From NCBI RefSeq assembly GCF_006345805.1, contig NC_043001.1:96844001-96908000 (forward strand): a stretch of 64,000 nt of DNA, in the 5' to 3' direction. This DNA comes from Octopus sinensis (taxonomy: Eukaryota). The notes beneath the pieces were generated by a model. That model saw nothing but the letters and a program-made list of their open reading frames with translations. It searched no databases and had not been told where the DNA came from. Shown here piece by piece: positions 1 through 13,214 of this stretch (positions within the stretch are counted from its first letter, which is position 1; each line of letters begins with the position of its first letter). A program made the translations under genes and the position numbers.

Positions 1-414
1 CTGAGGCTAAATTTCTATGATCCTTAAAAAAGATATAACTTACATTTAAGATTATGCAGAAACGCTGTGCTGTGTCATACTTTGTGAATGCAGTAATTAA
101 TTCACGTTGTCAATGCATTCAGTTTTATGCAAATTACATCGACCTGCTCCTAAACAATATAATTAGCTTTAAGCTAATAATCTCTTCTTGTAAAGAAGGG
201 TAATCTTTGCTACAGGTTTAAGAAAACTAAAATTTAGTGAGATCGCTTCAAATTTTATTATCAATGGAGAGATTAACCAATGGTTTCACAATTTTCTGTG
301 CATTTCATGGCGAGTATAGAAAGTTTATTAAAATGGAGGTACATAATGATTGATCAGGAAAATGTGCCAAACTCTAAACATGACGGTAAACTTCAAGACA
401 AAAAAGCCAATCTA

Positions 415-1085
415 CACTATATGGAAAGTATTATATCGATTTCTTAGGAAATGTTGTACTTAAGATAGCGATTTGATTACGAAAAAAGCATTAAGGATAC
501 ACATCTCTCATAATAAATACGAAATTCCATCTGTCTGCCCGTCCGAAAGGGACCCCTGTATCTCAATCGGTAATTGCTCTACATAGATATATTATACCTT
601 TCTGGAATCAAGATGTTCTCGGGATTGAAAATCTGCCCTTCATTTAGTTTTTGAACATCCAGCATTGGGATCAGATGTCGATGAGTATTCGTTATATGCT
701 AACAGTTAAAAATTCAAATTTTTAAAGGACTCCAAAAATTTATGAATTTCCAAGCTTTTCATTTAAACTGAAGTAATACCACATTCGTAGGGTGATACCG
801 CATTTGTATACGCTTTATTATTATTGCTCTTTTGAGTTTTGGGCCGCAGGCTCAATTAGCCTTCTACAATAGCTAGAGCAGAAATCCGCACGGAGTGAGG
901 CTTTTGAGCTAGTAAGGGAATAAAATTATCCTGTTTTGGAATATTAGTTGGATGTATATAAGTGATTTTCTGAATATCTCAGCGTGCTATATCTATCTTG
1001 AGTAAGAATATAACCCTCTTGCACAAAATAGCTGATTAATGTTTTTGATGAGAATAATCTGACTGAACAGACCAATGTTCAAATC
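415..1085. repeat. Diverged interspersed repeat, copy 1 (host of the Helitron); copy 2 at ~6520-6810
   Basis: 415-503 plus 913-1085 align by eye with 6520-6810 (e.g. tatatcgatt.cttaggaaatgtt.tactt; gaataaaattat.ctg; aa.aatct...tga.cag..aatg.tca). Confidence 0.7.
504..912 (+). mobile_element. Non-autonomous Helitron (409 bp)
   Basis: Starts TC (504) after host A and ends CTAG (909-912) before host T, with no TSD. A GC-rich hairpin ccgcacggagtgagg (886-900) lies just before the end. A paralog of the host sequence at 6612-6640 shows the empty site gatacaca^taagtgaataaaattat. Confidence 0.8.
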
Positions 1086-2362
1086 TTTCAAAATGAAGGT
1101 ACATTTCAAGACACAAATTAACAATTAATTCCTCTGCTTTACTTGTTCAACTGAAGGCTTTACAACTATCTAGCTAATTAAAGCAGGTAAGAGGACGTTT
1201 CCATAGACATCCATAGGGGGGGGGGGGCAGCTGTTGCAAGGAAAAATAGTTGCTGAGTTATGAACTCTGCCGAAACTAAGGAAACTGCCATAACACTGAA
1301 ATCAATAAATTTGATGCCTACGAGACTAGATTTCATTCAGTTTTGTACGATTTGGGAATGGAATTGTGACTGGCAAGAGCATTTCCAATTAAATATTTAG
1401 TATTTAATTAGTACTTAAGCTTTATAAAAATTTAACATAATTCACAAATCTGTCCTAATATTCACAGCTTATTCTATACATAACTTGCTCCGTATATCTG
1501 TAAATAACACTTTAGTACATTTTACTAACCTGCTGCGTTTTTCCATGACCTTTCATAATTTTAGCTCTTCTTCCATATTGTCCATCTGTGACTACCCTTA
1601 TATTGTCTATCAAAACAACAAATCAGCATTTTACTTACATTTCCTGCTTGTCACATAACCTACGTCCTCCTGTATATACGTCTCATTCTTATGAAGTACA
1701 CGTGTCTTCGACCAACGTTCCTCACACTTCATTTCTATGCTGTAATCCATATCAATTCTTACTCCTTCTATTTGCATTTGAGCCACGTACTGATCGCATT
1801 TACGCATCGAAGAGATTTTAATATCAATATAACATAATAAATATTCCTCTAATTTATTTATTTATTTATTCATTTATTACCCATTTCTCCATTAATATCG
1901 CATATTCCTCTCTTCATATGTTAACAAATTTTATACATTTATTCATTTCAACGTTTCTCCAACCTAATGTTTCAGTCTTAATCCTAACGTTTCTTTATGT
2001 ATTTACTTTTCATTTACACGGGCATGATCTGTGACTGTTTTAACATCCTAAATACACCTCCCTTGTCACCAACCGAATTATATACAATCATAACATATTC
2101 CAAAATATTCCTTCCTTCACTTCCTACTCTTCTCTCTTCGTATCAATTTTATAGGTCTCTATCACATCTCTTTCCCTTCTCTCTCTCTACGTCCAGGCTT
2201 TGGAAAAACATTTCGGAGCGTTTCTTCCACCCTCCACAGTTATGATAAGACCAATGCCTAGTTGTTTTGCGTAATATTTTTTTTGTGTGTATTTTCTCAT
2301 CAGGTCCATTAGTTGGGTATTTTTCATTTGCTTTTTGTACCCACGGGTTGTTTTCCACTCAT

Positions 2363-2469
<107 letters not shown>

Positions 2470-3547
2470 TATATATATATTATGAATATATATATATCCA
2501 CTCCCCATTCGCTGTGACAAATCTTACAAAGAGAAACGAAACAGATATTCCATATATATGTATATAGAGATATACATATCTGTGTGCGTGTGTATGTATG
2601 CGTGTGCGTAAGCGTATTTACATATACATATATATATATGCATGCATAAATATTCATACAAACATATATATACATACATATACATAAACAAACATACATA
2701 TATATACAAACACACACACATGTATACATTTATATATAAACATACCTTTATATGAATATGTATTTGTGTGCGGGTTTATACACACACCTAAACATATAGA
2801 TAAATCTACACATATATCCTTGTGTGTTGGTGCGTGGGTTTACATATACATATAAGTGTGCGTGTGTCTGTGTTTGTGTGTGTGTGAGTATGTATGTATA
2901 CATACGTATACAATGTTATGTATGCGTGTGAATAGAATCATGCGTATATATTGCGAATATGTATGTAGTTTAGCTGGATATATGAATCGATATTGTTTTT
3001 ATGTGATAACTAGTGTTCTACTCGAAGAAACATTTTCTATTCGGATGTTTCGGAGATACAAATGCAAATGTGAAACATAAAAATAAAGAAAAAAATCCGC
3101 AATAAACCGAAAGAAAAACAAGAAAACATTAATAAATAAAGGAGAAACTTTAGAAATGATATGGTTCTAAAGAAACATAACGGAAGTGAATACACACCGG
3201 AAGTTTAATACACACCGGAAGTCGAACATAGCTTCGATAAACTTAGTAAATATATGCGAAATAGACAGAGGAGAATGACTTTTCATGATAGGAGATTTCG
3301 CTTTTTAAAGTTTGAGACAGGATATTAAACAGAGATGTATGGTGTTCTTATAAAAGACAGGCAGAGCATAAATATGAGTGAAAACCGGAATTTTTATTGA
3401 ATCACCATTAATATATTAGACTACTTTGAAATAGAAATATATATCTCACCTACGATGTACGGATACCGAATGTTGAATGAAAATATTTGTCAGACAAACA
3501 TACATACCCACAGCAACAAACATACAAGCACCCACTTGCATATATAC

Positions 3548-3616
<69 letters not shown>

Positions 3617-3751
3617 GTGTATTCATGTATCAACGTACGTGGATAAGTATATGTGTAAGTATAAACACATACATACATACATACAAACACACACACAATA
3701 TACATATATATATATATAAATATATGAATACATACATATATATATGTATGT

Positions 3752-3826
<75 letters not shown>

Positions 3827-4544
3827 ATCTATCTATCTATCTGATATTGCTGATAAATATATGTCGCACATACAAACATACAGATACGTATGATCATTTA
3901 ATGTATGTTTTATTACACATGTGATATGTCGACAATATGAATGTATTTATATACTGCTGGCTGAAACCCTATACATGTTATAAATATCTATGTATGTATG
4001 TATGCAGTTACCGCTCCAACCATTTTCTTCTTGTATGCATACGCATATATATATACATATACATACATACATATATACATACTTATGTGAATGTGTATTT
4101 GCGCATAAGCATATATATATATATATATATATATAAATGTTTTCCATAATTGCATGGACATATTTATGCTTAAATGCGCTAATGCGTTCAAAAGAGTATG
4201 TTTTCTGGGCTACTTTCACGTGTGAATACTTGTTTATTTGTACGAATATTTGTTATCTCGTACAGCAATCAGTGTGCCTGAAGTTCTCAAGCATCATTAT
4301 GTAGAAAACATACGATGAATTTGATTATTCAGATGCAATAGAATTGCCATGAAATATATATATATAATACATCATGATCGGTGAAATCGGTGAAGGGATG
4401 GTTGATCCAATATATGCCCCTTTATTCTGTGTTCAAATCCGTCCAATGTAGTTGTGATATTATTTCTGAATGATACAATGCCATTTTAGAACGGATTATA
4501 GAAAATAAATTGAAGTTTGCCTTCTCGAAGAGACACCGACTCAC

Positions 4545-4693
4545 AAAAGCCGGTTCCCGGTTTTCATGGCGTAACATATTCCCAACCCGGACGGGACGCC
4601 GGTCCATCGCAGAATGAAGTCGGTCCAGGAATAGAAACTACAATATTACGATCCTCAGACTAACACCCTAACCACTAAACCACGTGGTTCCAC
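4545..4693 (-). mobile_element. tRNA-derived SINE family C, degenerate
   Basis: Shares ggacgggacgcc.gtccatcgca and accctaaccact.a.ccacg motifs with the 8866-9087 copy. Confidence 0.65.
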
Positions 4694-5049
4694 GGAGTTT
4701 AGAACGTGAGATATATTATTAGTAAAAATAATAAAAACTGAAAGTGCGGGAATGGATATTGTTATGTCTTCGGGAGTTTTCAATATCTCGTCGTCAATAA
4801 TTTTATGACGACGCTGGGATGTGCACAAGGGTGTAGGAATAGTATTACTCAAATGAATATTTGGATATGGTTATCGAGAAAAACTTTTTGCAGAATTAAT
4901 ATGTTTACGTATAACGTACTTAGTACTACGCTAGTAATCCAACATGAACGATCAACGATGCCAACAGCCGACTGTCAACTCGGACAGTTCACACAGTTTC
5001 TTTATTGTATTGAAATGTGTCAGTCGACTTTTTTCACAACACTTATGTG

Positions 5050-5440
5050 ATAGCAAACAGATTCACAACCGAGTGGTTGGTGTCCTGTTCTAATGAGCAA
5101 TATCTTAGTCGAATGTCTTCTGCTATAGCTCCGAACTAATGAATGTTTTGCGGGCAAGTCTGGTAGATGGAAACCTTGAGGAAAATATGTGAGTGTATTC
5201 ATGTGTGTCCATGTCCGTAAACACGTGCATGCACATGTATATGTAAAAAATTGTGTTGGAGCTTGTCCTCATCTGCCATCTGCTTGGCAACCCATGTAGG
5301 TTCGTTTACCTCCAATTAATCTAGTGGGCTTTTAGAATTAGAGATGTATTAAAAAGACGATTGGGGTCTCTGTTTTGACTAAGCCCTTAAAGAACGTGCC
5401 CCAGCATGGGCAAAATTCAACGAATGATAAAAGGCACTGA
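5050..5440 (+). mobile_element. SINE family A, degenerate
   Basis: gtcttctgctatagc...ggtagatggaaac 5' part, a central TG/CA tract, and a gtgccccagcatgg tail. Confidence 0.5.
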
Positions 5441-5821
5441 ATACTTGAAAGTTATTATTGCTGGATTTACAACAGCTCAGATGTGAGATTGCACATTTCT
5501 GAAAATTTTTCCAATCCAATGATTTTAATTGGTTGGTTACCTTTAAGAGATTTTCATTTATGTGTATCGTTTATCTGTGTTTGTATTTAAATCTTGAACA
5601 AGAGAATGGCAGATTTACTTTGATTAATACGATTAAATCTCAACAGAGTAATACATAACAATGTCGGTGACTTATTTGAGAATGAGCAAAAATTTCAGTA
5701 ATGAATTAATCGTTACTTCTTTTTTTAAAGAGTCAAACATACAGTGTGTGTGTGAGAGAGTGTGACTGTGTGTATGTACGTGTTGTTAGACGAAAACAAT
5801 TTCTACTGACCTCTTCTACAG

Positions 5822-5866
5822 GTCAATATTACTAAGCGCACAGAGAGGAATGCGTCTAAGAAACAG
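5822..5866 (+). other. Candidate 45-nt exon (plus strand)
   Basis: Branch-like ctgac, pyrimidine tract and tacAG acceptor; CAG|GTAAGT donor. Open in two frames (VNITKRTERNASKKQ or SILLSAQRGMRLRN). Confidence 0.4.
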
Positions 5867-7254
5867 GTAAGTGTTATTGATTTAGTTACCTGACAACTAC
5901 AGGATCAACGAAGTGAAGAGTGAACGAACGGAGCAATTAATACAAATTAAATTAATCGATTGCTATCGAAGATTATTTTGATCCGATTTTAGCTGTAAGT
6001 TTAATTATAATTCATCAGTCTTATTCCAAGACGCTATTCGATTTTAATCAATACATTTCTTGCATAGACAAGACAGTTTCTCAAACGCTTTATATAAGTT
6101 AACCAGAGGTGAAAGGTCAGAGACCCTGGAGTGTGTAAATTGTCTTAAACTGGAGAAAATAATGTGACCAACAGTTGGCGAAAACAGCTGCAGGGAAAAA
6201 TTGACCTGATGTGGAACCGGACTCACTGGGAAGAATTGTTGTTCCTGAGATAATTTCTATTAAAGACATCCGAGAACCAGGTAATCGTATTAAATCCGTC
6301 CTCTTGTTACTGTTGCTGCAATGAAAAGGAAATTGAAGCATGGTCTACGCATAATCTGTTGCGTATTACTACTTAAAAATATCCGCATAAAACATATCAT
6401 GGAGCATACACATATTTTGTAATCTTTTGAAAAGAAAAATCCTAGATGACTATAGCTATATCATAAAAAATGAAAATAGAATTCCAGTCCATAATGTATA
6501 TATCTATGGCACCGTTTGTTTTTACATTATATGGAATATAATATATCGATTGCTTAGGAAATGTTCTACTTGATATCGCGTTTTGATTATGAAAAAGTGA
6601 AAAATGCTTTAAAGATACACATAAGTGAATAAAATTATTCTGCTATAGAATATTCGTTGGCTTGCATATAAGTAATTTTGTGAATATCTCATGTGTGCTG
6701 TGTCTATTTTGATGAAGAGTATAAGGCTCCTGCATATTACCAAATAGCATGTTAGTACGGTTGCTGAGGTTTAGCTCTGTAACAATCTCATTGAGCAGGC
6801 TAATGATCATGACCACACTGAATTGCCTTCAAGGCTAGTGTAAGCGTCTGAGATCGGGTGTGAATTGAGCGAGATTTGGTTGGTAGTTATTCTACCAATT
6901 TAAAAGGTGATATGGAGGGGCGTTCATTGTTTCGAGACAATCAAACAGATAGCTTCAGATCAACTTGATATTAACTGGACTAATCCTCAAGCGGAAAAAT
7001 ATGATATGAAATGCATGTATGCATATGTGTGTGTGCAGGTGTGTGCACAGGCACATACACACATATATACATAGGTATATGCATACATGCATACACAGAC
7101 ACACACTCATACACACTCATGTACATATAGTCAAGACAAAAAAATTAAAATAAAACGAATTAAAAACGAAAAAAGAAGAGAAACGAAATGAGAAGAAGAC
7201 GAACGTGAGGACGTGCACAAGAATTATATAAGTTTGACAACGGATGAAAGGATA

Positions 7255-7300
7255 GAGTTTTTAACGTTTCGAGCGTAGCTCTTAGTCGTAAAGGAGAAAA
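7255..7300 (-). ncRNA. Degenerate minimal hammerhead relic (family of 44301)
   Basis: The minus strand reads ...cgactaa GAGC tac GCTC GAAA CGTT aaaa. Stem II and GAAAC-GTT are kept, but the CUGANGA core is lost. Confidence 0.4.
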
Positions 7301-8036
7301 GGAAAAGTCCAAAGAAGGACCAAATCGGCAACTGCCCACGTGTGTTTCCATTTCTGAAATATATCATACATATCTATCTATTCATATCATTACCCCTTGT
7401 ATAACATATGAGAGAAACACAAAGTAAATACAATTTATGAGAGTCTTTACCGTGCGATCATTTCGACCCATCGTGCATCGGTCTCTCGTGGGCGGGATGC
7501 TATGCAAGCAGTTATGGTGCATCATTGGTGCAGATGTGTCTCGTCAGGTAACTTCTCAAAAGGTGCCTCGTTTTATAATCTTGTTCCGTTTATTTTGATT
7601 AGAATACATTTGGGTAGCTGTCAATTGCTACTCGTATACATGTCTCTATATGTGCATAGTATATGATAATACAGCTACACCAATTCATGATACACAATTC
7701 CAGTTCCACGAATTCACAACCCCATGGACTAAGTTGGACGTGAAACTAAGTGAAAAATATGAGAGCTGCGTCTGAAATCCCACAATTATGTGTAGATGAG
7801 CAAATACGAAAAATCCGTACAATTATGCAGAGGCACTTAAACGCGAAAAAAAAACAACTCCATACAGGTTTGTGTGCATATGTATTGTATATATATATGC
7901 ATGCATAGATTCAAGCATACACACGTGCGCACATGGAAACCTGCACAGACACATGTTTGAAGCACATTAAATGCCACTATTCTTCATCTGCTCTGAGCCA
8001 GGTGGCAGCGTCTCATCTCTGTATGAGTGACTGGTT

Positions 8037-8565
8037 TTATTACCTCCGCCATAGCGAATGCGGAGGTATCGTTTTCAGTCATGTTTGTTTGTTTGTCCGT
8101 TGACAAGATATCTCAAGAACCGCAGGAATGATTCGGATGAAATATTCGGGGATGTTTGACCTGTGAATGGCTCAAACTGATTAGATTTTGGCATCGATCG
8201 ACTACCGGACAAGGATTCTGCATGATTTGTTATATTTACTTTACATGATTACGATCTTACGTTGACTTTCAAGTCTTTTACAGTTATCTCCTTTTAGTCT
8301 GCTTCCAAAGTTTTATTTTCTAATTACTAATTTTACTCGCATTACTATCTTAGTAGAAACTGATGGCTGAAGAAATCAAACTACAGCAGCAAAACCGTTC
8401 AGAATTTAAATAACATTAACATATTTTTATAATATATATATTATATATTATTATAATATATATTATATATTATTAAGTCACATGCTATTCATTTGAAAAT
8501 TACTGACTAGAAAGTATTACCTCCGCCTTTGAAACTATTTTCAAAGGTGTAAATACTCTCAGCTT
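8037..8565 (+). mobile_element. HINE/Helentron-associated (DINE/pearl-like) non-autonomous element
   Basis: 5' ttattacctccgcc (8037-8050) folds on gcggaggta (8060-8068), followed by a (GTTT)n tetranucleotide tract. The motif recurs at 8515-8527, followed by the 3' hairpin cctttgaaa/tttcaaagg (8526-8547). Confidence 0.55.
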
Positions 8566-8865
8566 TCGTTAAAAAACCAGACAAATATAAAAAAAAAAAC
8601 TATAGCGTTATCCTCATAGTAGTAAGAATGTTTGGTAGCAACCGTCAGCATTTCCGCTTTGGATCAGACACCTAGTCCGTCATGCTGCTTCAATTAACTT
8701 TGACATAGTTGCAGGTGCTAAGACACACCGCTTTCAAATTGGAGACTAGGCGGGAAGTGTCAAAATAGGCTAATATCGGATCTAATTGAACTGGAAAATG
8801 AAAATTTACACGAAATGTAACCTGTAAATTAAATTAAAATAAATGCACCCTTTTATAGCCTAGAC

Positions 8866-9087
8866 AGGCTCATGGACCTGGTTTCCCGATTTCAATGGCG
8901 TATGTGTTCCCCAGCTGGACGGGACGCCAGTCCATCGCATTACTCATTTTTGCCAGCTGAGTGGACTGGAGCAACGTGAAAGGAAGTGCTTTGCTCAAGA
9001 ACACAATGCGTCACCTGGTCCAAGAATCGAAACCACAATCATACGATCATGATGCTGATACCCTAACCACTAAGCCACGCGCCTCCA
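8866..9087 (-). mobile_element. tRNA-derived SINE family C
   Basis: The minus strand starts gtggaggcgcgTGGCTTAGTGG (A box)...GGTTTCGATTC (B box). The body contains gcgatggactggcgtcccgtccag (V-SINE-like motif). Confidence 0.8.
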
Positions 9088-9762
9088 CAACATGTAAAGT
9101 AGGGTCTGACAAATGCATTTTGTTTAAGATCATCTCCCTTGCAGTTTGTTTTTCCGCTTTATGGTACCAATGGGTCCCAGGATCCAGGATGTCATTTGCT
9201 ATTTCTACGACACACACTTGGGGTGCGGTGGTTGAAAATCTGTAATTGGGCACTTAATATTCGGACCGCTGGGAATCGACTTTTGTATTCTGCAAACGGT
9301 TTGTGAGGGACTTGTGTGAGAATGATACTCAAGAGATTCTTGGTATCAACGATAAGGAACAACGCTGTGAATTTCGAAAGACTTTCAAGTTAGGGATTTT
9401 GTCCCAACCTTTGCTAGGTAATGAGTACAGGTACAAATATACTACCAGGCAGATCTAATCTATCAATAGATGTGCATTGTGCAACATAACCATTACACGC
9501 GTGTTGCTAACGTGTGTAGAGGTTAGATCAGTCTAACAAGGACGTCCATCGGTAAAATGACACAGCAGCATTCCTTTGGCGAGAAAGGTCTTGTGAGCTT
9601 CTTCTGTGTGGTGTCCGAGTTGTAAAGAATGAAGACAAACAAGAAGACAAATACGCTCTGTCTTGAAGCGGCATTTGAAATAAGAATTCTGAATCAAGTT
9701 AGAGATGCTCTCCTCCTGAACATAGACAAGAGCGAAAAGAGAGATTCTTCGAAAGGACTTAC

Positions 9763-9840
9763 TTTCAGCACTGAGAGAAAACTTGTTCTTAACAATAGAT
9801 ATAATCCAGGATCTATACAACTTCTGATAATCTCTAAGGA
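9763..9840 (-). CDS. Candidate coding exon (78 nt; SLEIIRSCIDPGLYLLLRTSFLSVLK)
   Basis: AAA|GTAAGT donor (9757-9762) and an open frame. The acceptor upstream is weak. A strong acceptor 47 nt downstream would join EESISNLIQNSYFKCRFK... (9715-9533). Confidence 0.3.
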
Positions 9841-10303
9841 CTAACCGGCTAATTATGACGTGTTAATCGCCATTTCTCCCTTGTGTTTGTGCTATTGTCT
9901 TCCATGCTGGTTTTTGCTTCTGTTCCTTGCTGTAAAAAATCCTCACTGGTTGTAATTTCTCCTTCCTCTTACCATCACCGACAAATAAAAAACAAGAAAA
10001 TAGACAAATAAGCATTATTTCATTTGCTTTCTAATTTACATTATAAAAATGAAAAAAAAAATCTAAGAGGACATTTCTCACATAATTATTTTCTTCGCAA
10101 AATAAAATTATCGATGAGAGAGGAAAGAAAAAAAAAAAAAAACATGAACAAAATAGCAAAAACAGCCGTTTGGAAATCATCTCATAAATGGCCATGAAGC
10201 AAAAACAATAACGCAATTACCTTAAACACACACACATCTATACACGCATCTATACACATATACGTACATATGTATATATTCCACCTTCCGTCATTCATTT
10301 GGC

Positions 10304-10417
<114 letters not shown>

Positions 10418-10428
10418 CATACATACAT

Positions 10429-10466
<38 letters not shown>

Positions 10467-11059
10467 GCCTACACACATATATATATATGTATATATATAT
10501 ATGTATATATATGTATATATATATATATATATATATCTATACATACATACGCACTCATATATATTTATATATACATGCACATAGACTTCTGCACTTAATT
10601 GCTTTAACCATTCCTCACGTTCCCTCCTCATCCCTTATCCGCATCCCTTTCTCTACTTCTTCCTCCTACTGCTTTGCCCTCATAGCCCCCACTTCTCTCT
10701 CTCTCTCTTGAAATCGATCAATCATTTCCTTCTCGTCATATTTCCTAATATATTTTTTCACATCTGTGACGTTTACTCATATCGCATGTAACTTCCCATT
10801 CTTAATAATTGCGATAGTTTTTATTTTATTTTTTTTTATCAATTGTATTCAATATCTAATAGTTCCTATATTTCATTTCGAATTGCTGTTGCTGAAGTTG
10901 TTGTTTTTATTGTTCACTTTGCATCGCTATAATTAACATGTGGCACACAAACCTTATTTCACGACAATACTTCTTTAAGATATAAACAATTCCTCTGAAA
11001 ATCGGTCAACGAAAACAATAAAATATAAAAGAAAAGAAGTCAAAAAGGGCAAAAAATAA

Positions 11060-11596
11060 AGCGGGTGAAGGGCTGGCTGTGTGGTAAGAAGCTTGCAGCC
11101 ATAGTTTCAAGTTCAGTTCCACTCCATGGTACCTTGCGCAAGTGTCCTCTCTTGTAGTTTCAAGTGGACCAAAGCCATAATCCGAAAAGAAGAACAAGTC
11201 AACATCATCGGTAACCACTGAGCCGCAGGTTTTACGTCGGAGTTATCCCAGTTACCTGAGTTACCTTCTCCTAGAAGGATCCCCTAACAAAGGCTAGGAG
11301 TCCTTCACTCCCAATGGTTTAACCGCGCGATCGGGTATTCAGTCCGATTATTTCTATGTTCCCGCGCATGATACATCCTTAAGACATTTATTGAATGGTC
11401 GTTGACTCTCAAGAGTTCCTCCGCCCTTTGACGGGTTTTGTTTTTCATCCCGCAGGGTGTAATATAAACACCCTCCTCACCAAGCCAGCTTGGTGGGATT
11501 GCTGGTTTAGTCGCCGACGAACCGACCATGCATACATACATACATAATACATACATACATACATACATACACACATACATACAGACAGACAAACAG

Positions 11597-11657
<61 letters not shown>

Positions 11658-11890
11658 TTGCTGTGTGTGTATATGTGTATCCTTGTGTTTGTATTCGTCT
11701 CCCGCCAAAACTTGACGACAGGTGTTTGTCTCCATAACTAGTGGTTCGTCAAAAGACACTGATAGAATAAGCACGATGTTTAATAAAATATTAAAAAACG
11801 ATTTGGATTCGTTTCATTCGACTAAAAATTCTTTAAGAAGTTGCCCCAGCATGGCCGCAGTCTAATGACTGAAACAAATAATAGATAAAA
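11060..11890 (+). mobile_element. SINE family A split by an insertion
   Basis: 5' half ggctgtgtggtaagaagcttgc...ggaccaaagcc (11060-11180) and 3' half ...ccccagcatggccgcagtctaatgactgaaac (11660-11890) flank an unrelated insert. Confidence 0.65.
11205..11527 (-). mobile_element. GC-richer insert resembling a retroelement 5' leader (RTE-like?)
   Basis: High-complexity segment inside the SINE-A. The minus strand has aaagggcggaggaac and ctaggagaaggtaactc motifs reminiscent of RTE 5' UTRs. No ORF. Confidence 0.3.
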
Positions 11891-12024
11891 ATAAACTATT
11901 CCGATCAACTAGAACAAAAGTAACTAAAAGAAACTGGTTGTTTTATATTGTTTTTCTTTTACCATAGTTATAAGGCCACGCATTTTGGCAATTGGTATAG
12001 AAGATTCTTATTTTTTAATTTTCT

Positions 12025-12520
12025 TTTGTACTCTAGGCACAAGGCTCGAAGTTTTTGGAGAGGCGGCCAGTCGATTAGAGCGACCACAGTGCGCAACTGG
12101 TACTTAATTAATCGACACCGAAACGATGAAAGGCAAAGTCGACCTCGGCGGAATTTGAACTCAGAACGTAGCGGAACATGAAATACCTATTTCTTTACTA
12201 CCCACAACGGGCTAAACACAGAGCGGACAAACAAGAACAGATAAACGGATTAAGTCAATTATATCGACCCTAGTATGTAACTGGTACTTATTTAATCGAC
12301 CCCAAAAGGATGAAAGGCAAAGTTGAACTCAGATCGTAAGGCAGGCGAAATACCACTAAGCATTTCGCCCGGCGTGCTAACGTTACTACCAGCTCGCCGC
12401 CTAGTTGGCATAGAAGATTATATCGACCCAATTGTTTCATTGGTTCTTAATCTTATTTACTTCGATCGGTTGGCAGGCAAAGCCGATCCTGCCAGTATCT
12501 GAACTTAGTGCATAAAAAGA
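12025..12520 (-). mobile_element. Three head-to-tail SINE family B copies
   Basis: Repeated gatgaaaggcaaagtcgacctcggcggaatttgaactcagaacg / gctaacg.t.ctgccagctcgccgcct (reverse-complement tRNA head with GAGTTCAAATTCC B box). Confidence 0.8.
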
Positions 12521-13214
12521 CATTTAAAAAAATGCATGAGATTTTCTTTCCTAGTTATTCATTTTGTCAGTCTATTGATTGATGTCAGCGATTTTATATG
12601 CATAATTAGGAATTAGGAGAGCGAGAAACGTGATGACATTCCCCTGCCTTAACACGTAAAGCAAGAAGTCGTTAAATCACTGTTTATACCGAAGGAGATT
12701 CGGGGCGGCATACCGGGAAATAAATTGCAAACAATCTATCTTACTTCACAGTCAAGGATTACTGCAAAGCAGGCGGAGATCGGTCGCATATTTTCAACGG
12801 CCATGATGATAGATGTTGGCTGAAATAATTTACTATATTCAGTCGCCGTTGCAAGAGATCTGGCTGTCAAGATCCAAAGAAAACTCGGTGGAACAAATTC
12901 TCGACGCTAAGCACAACTATTCCAATTAATCTGCTGATTCGCAAATCTACTGGACAATAAACCTGCATTCTGACATTAGCTGTTGACGACTTATTTTATC
13001 AATATTATTAATATTGATATTTTAAGGCGAGCAGAGGGAGAGAAAGATTAGAGGTATTTCTTCCGACTTCACGTTGTGTGCACGTGGATCTAAGCCCCAC
13101 ACATTGCATGCTAAAGATTAATACCTGATCAAAGTTAGTTATTGAACATCGAACAATAAAATGTGCTTCGTGTTCAGCGTCCTTTAAAACCTCCACCCAA
13201 ATTGACCGACAGGT

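Noticed and set aside
2197-2270. Strong plus-strand acceptor with open frame ALEKHFGAFLPP...
   Set aside because: The donor (TGC|GTAATA) is weak and the pyrimidine tract is a CT microsatellite; kept only as a possible partner of 5822.
6200-6290. PDVEPDSLGRIVVPEIISIKDIREP with CAG|GTAATC donor; Gypsy-like RIVVP
   Set aside because: An in-frame TGA lies immediately upstream, there is no acceptor, and no other integrase motifs are present.
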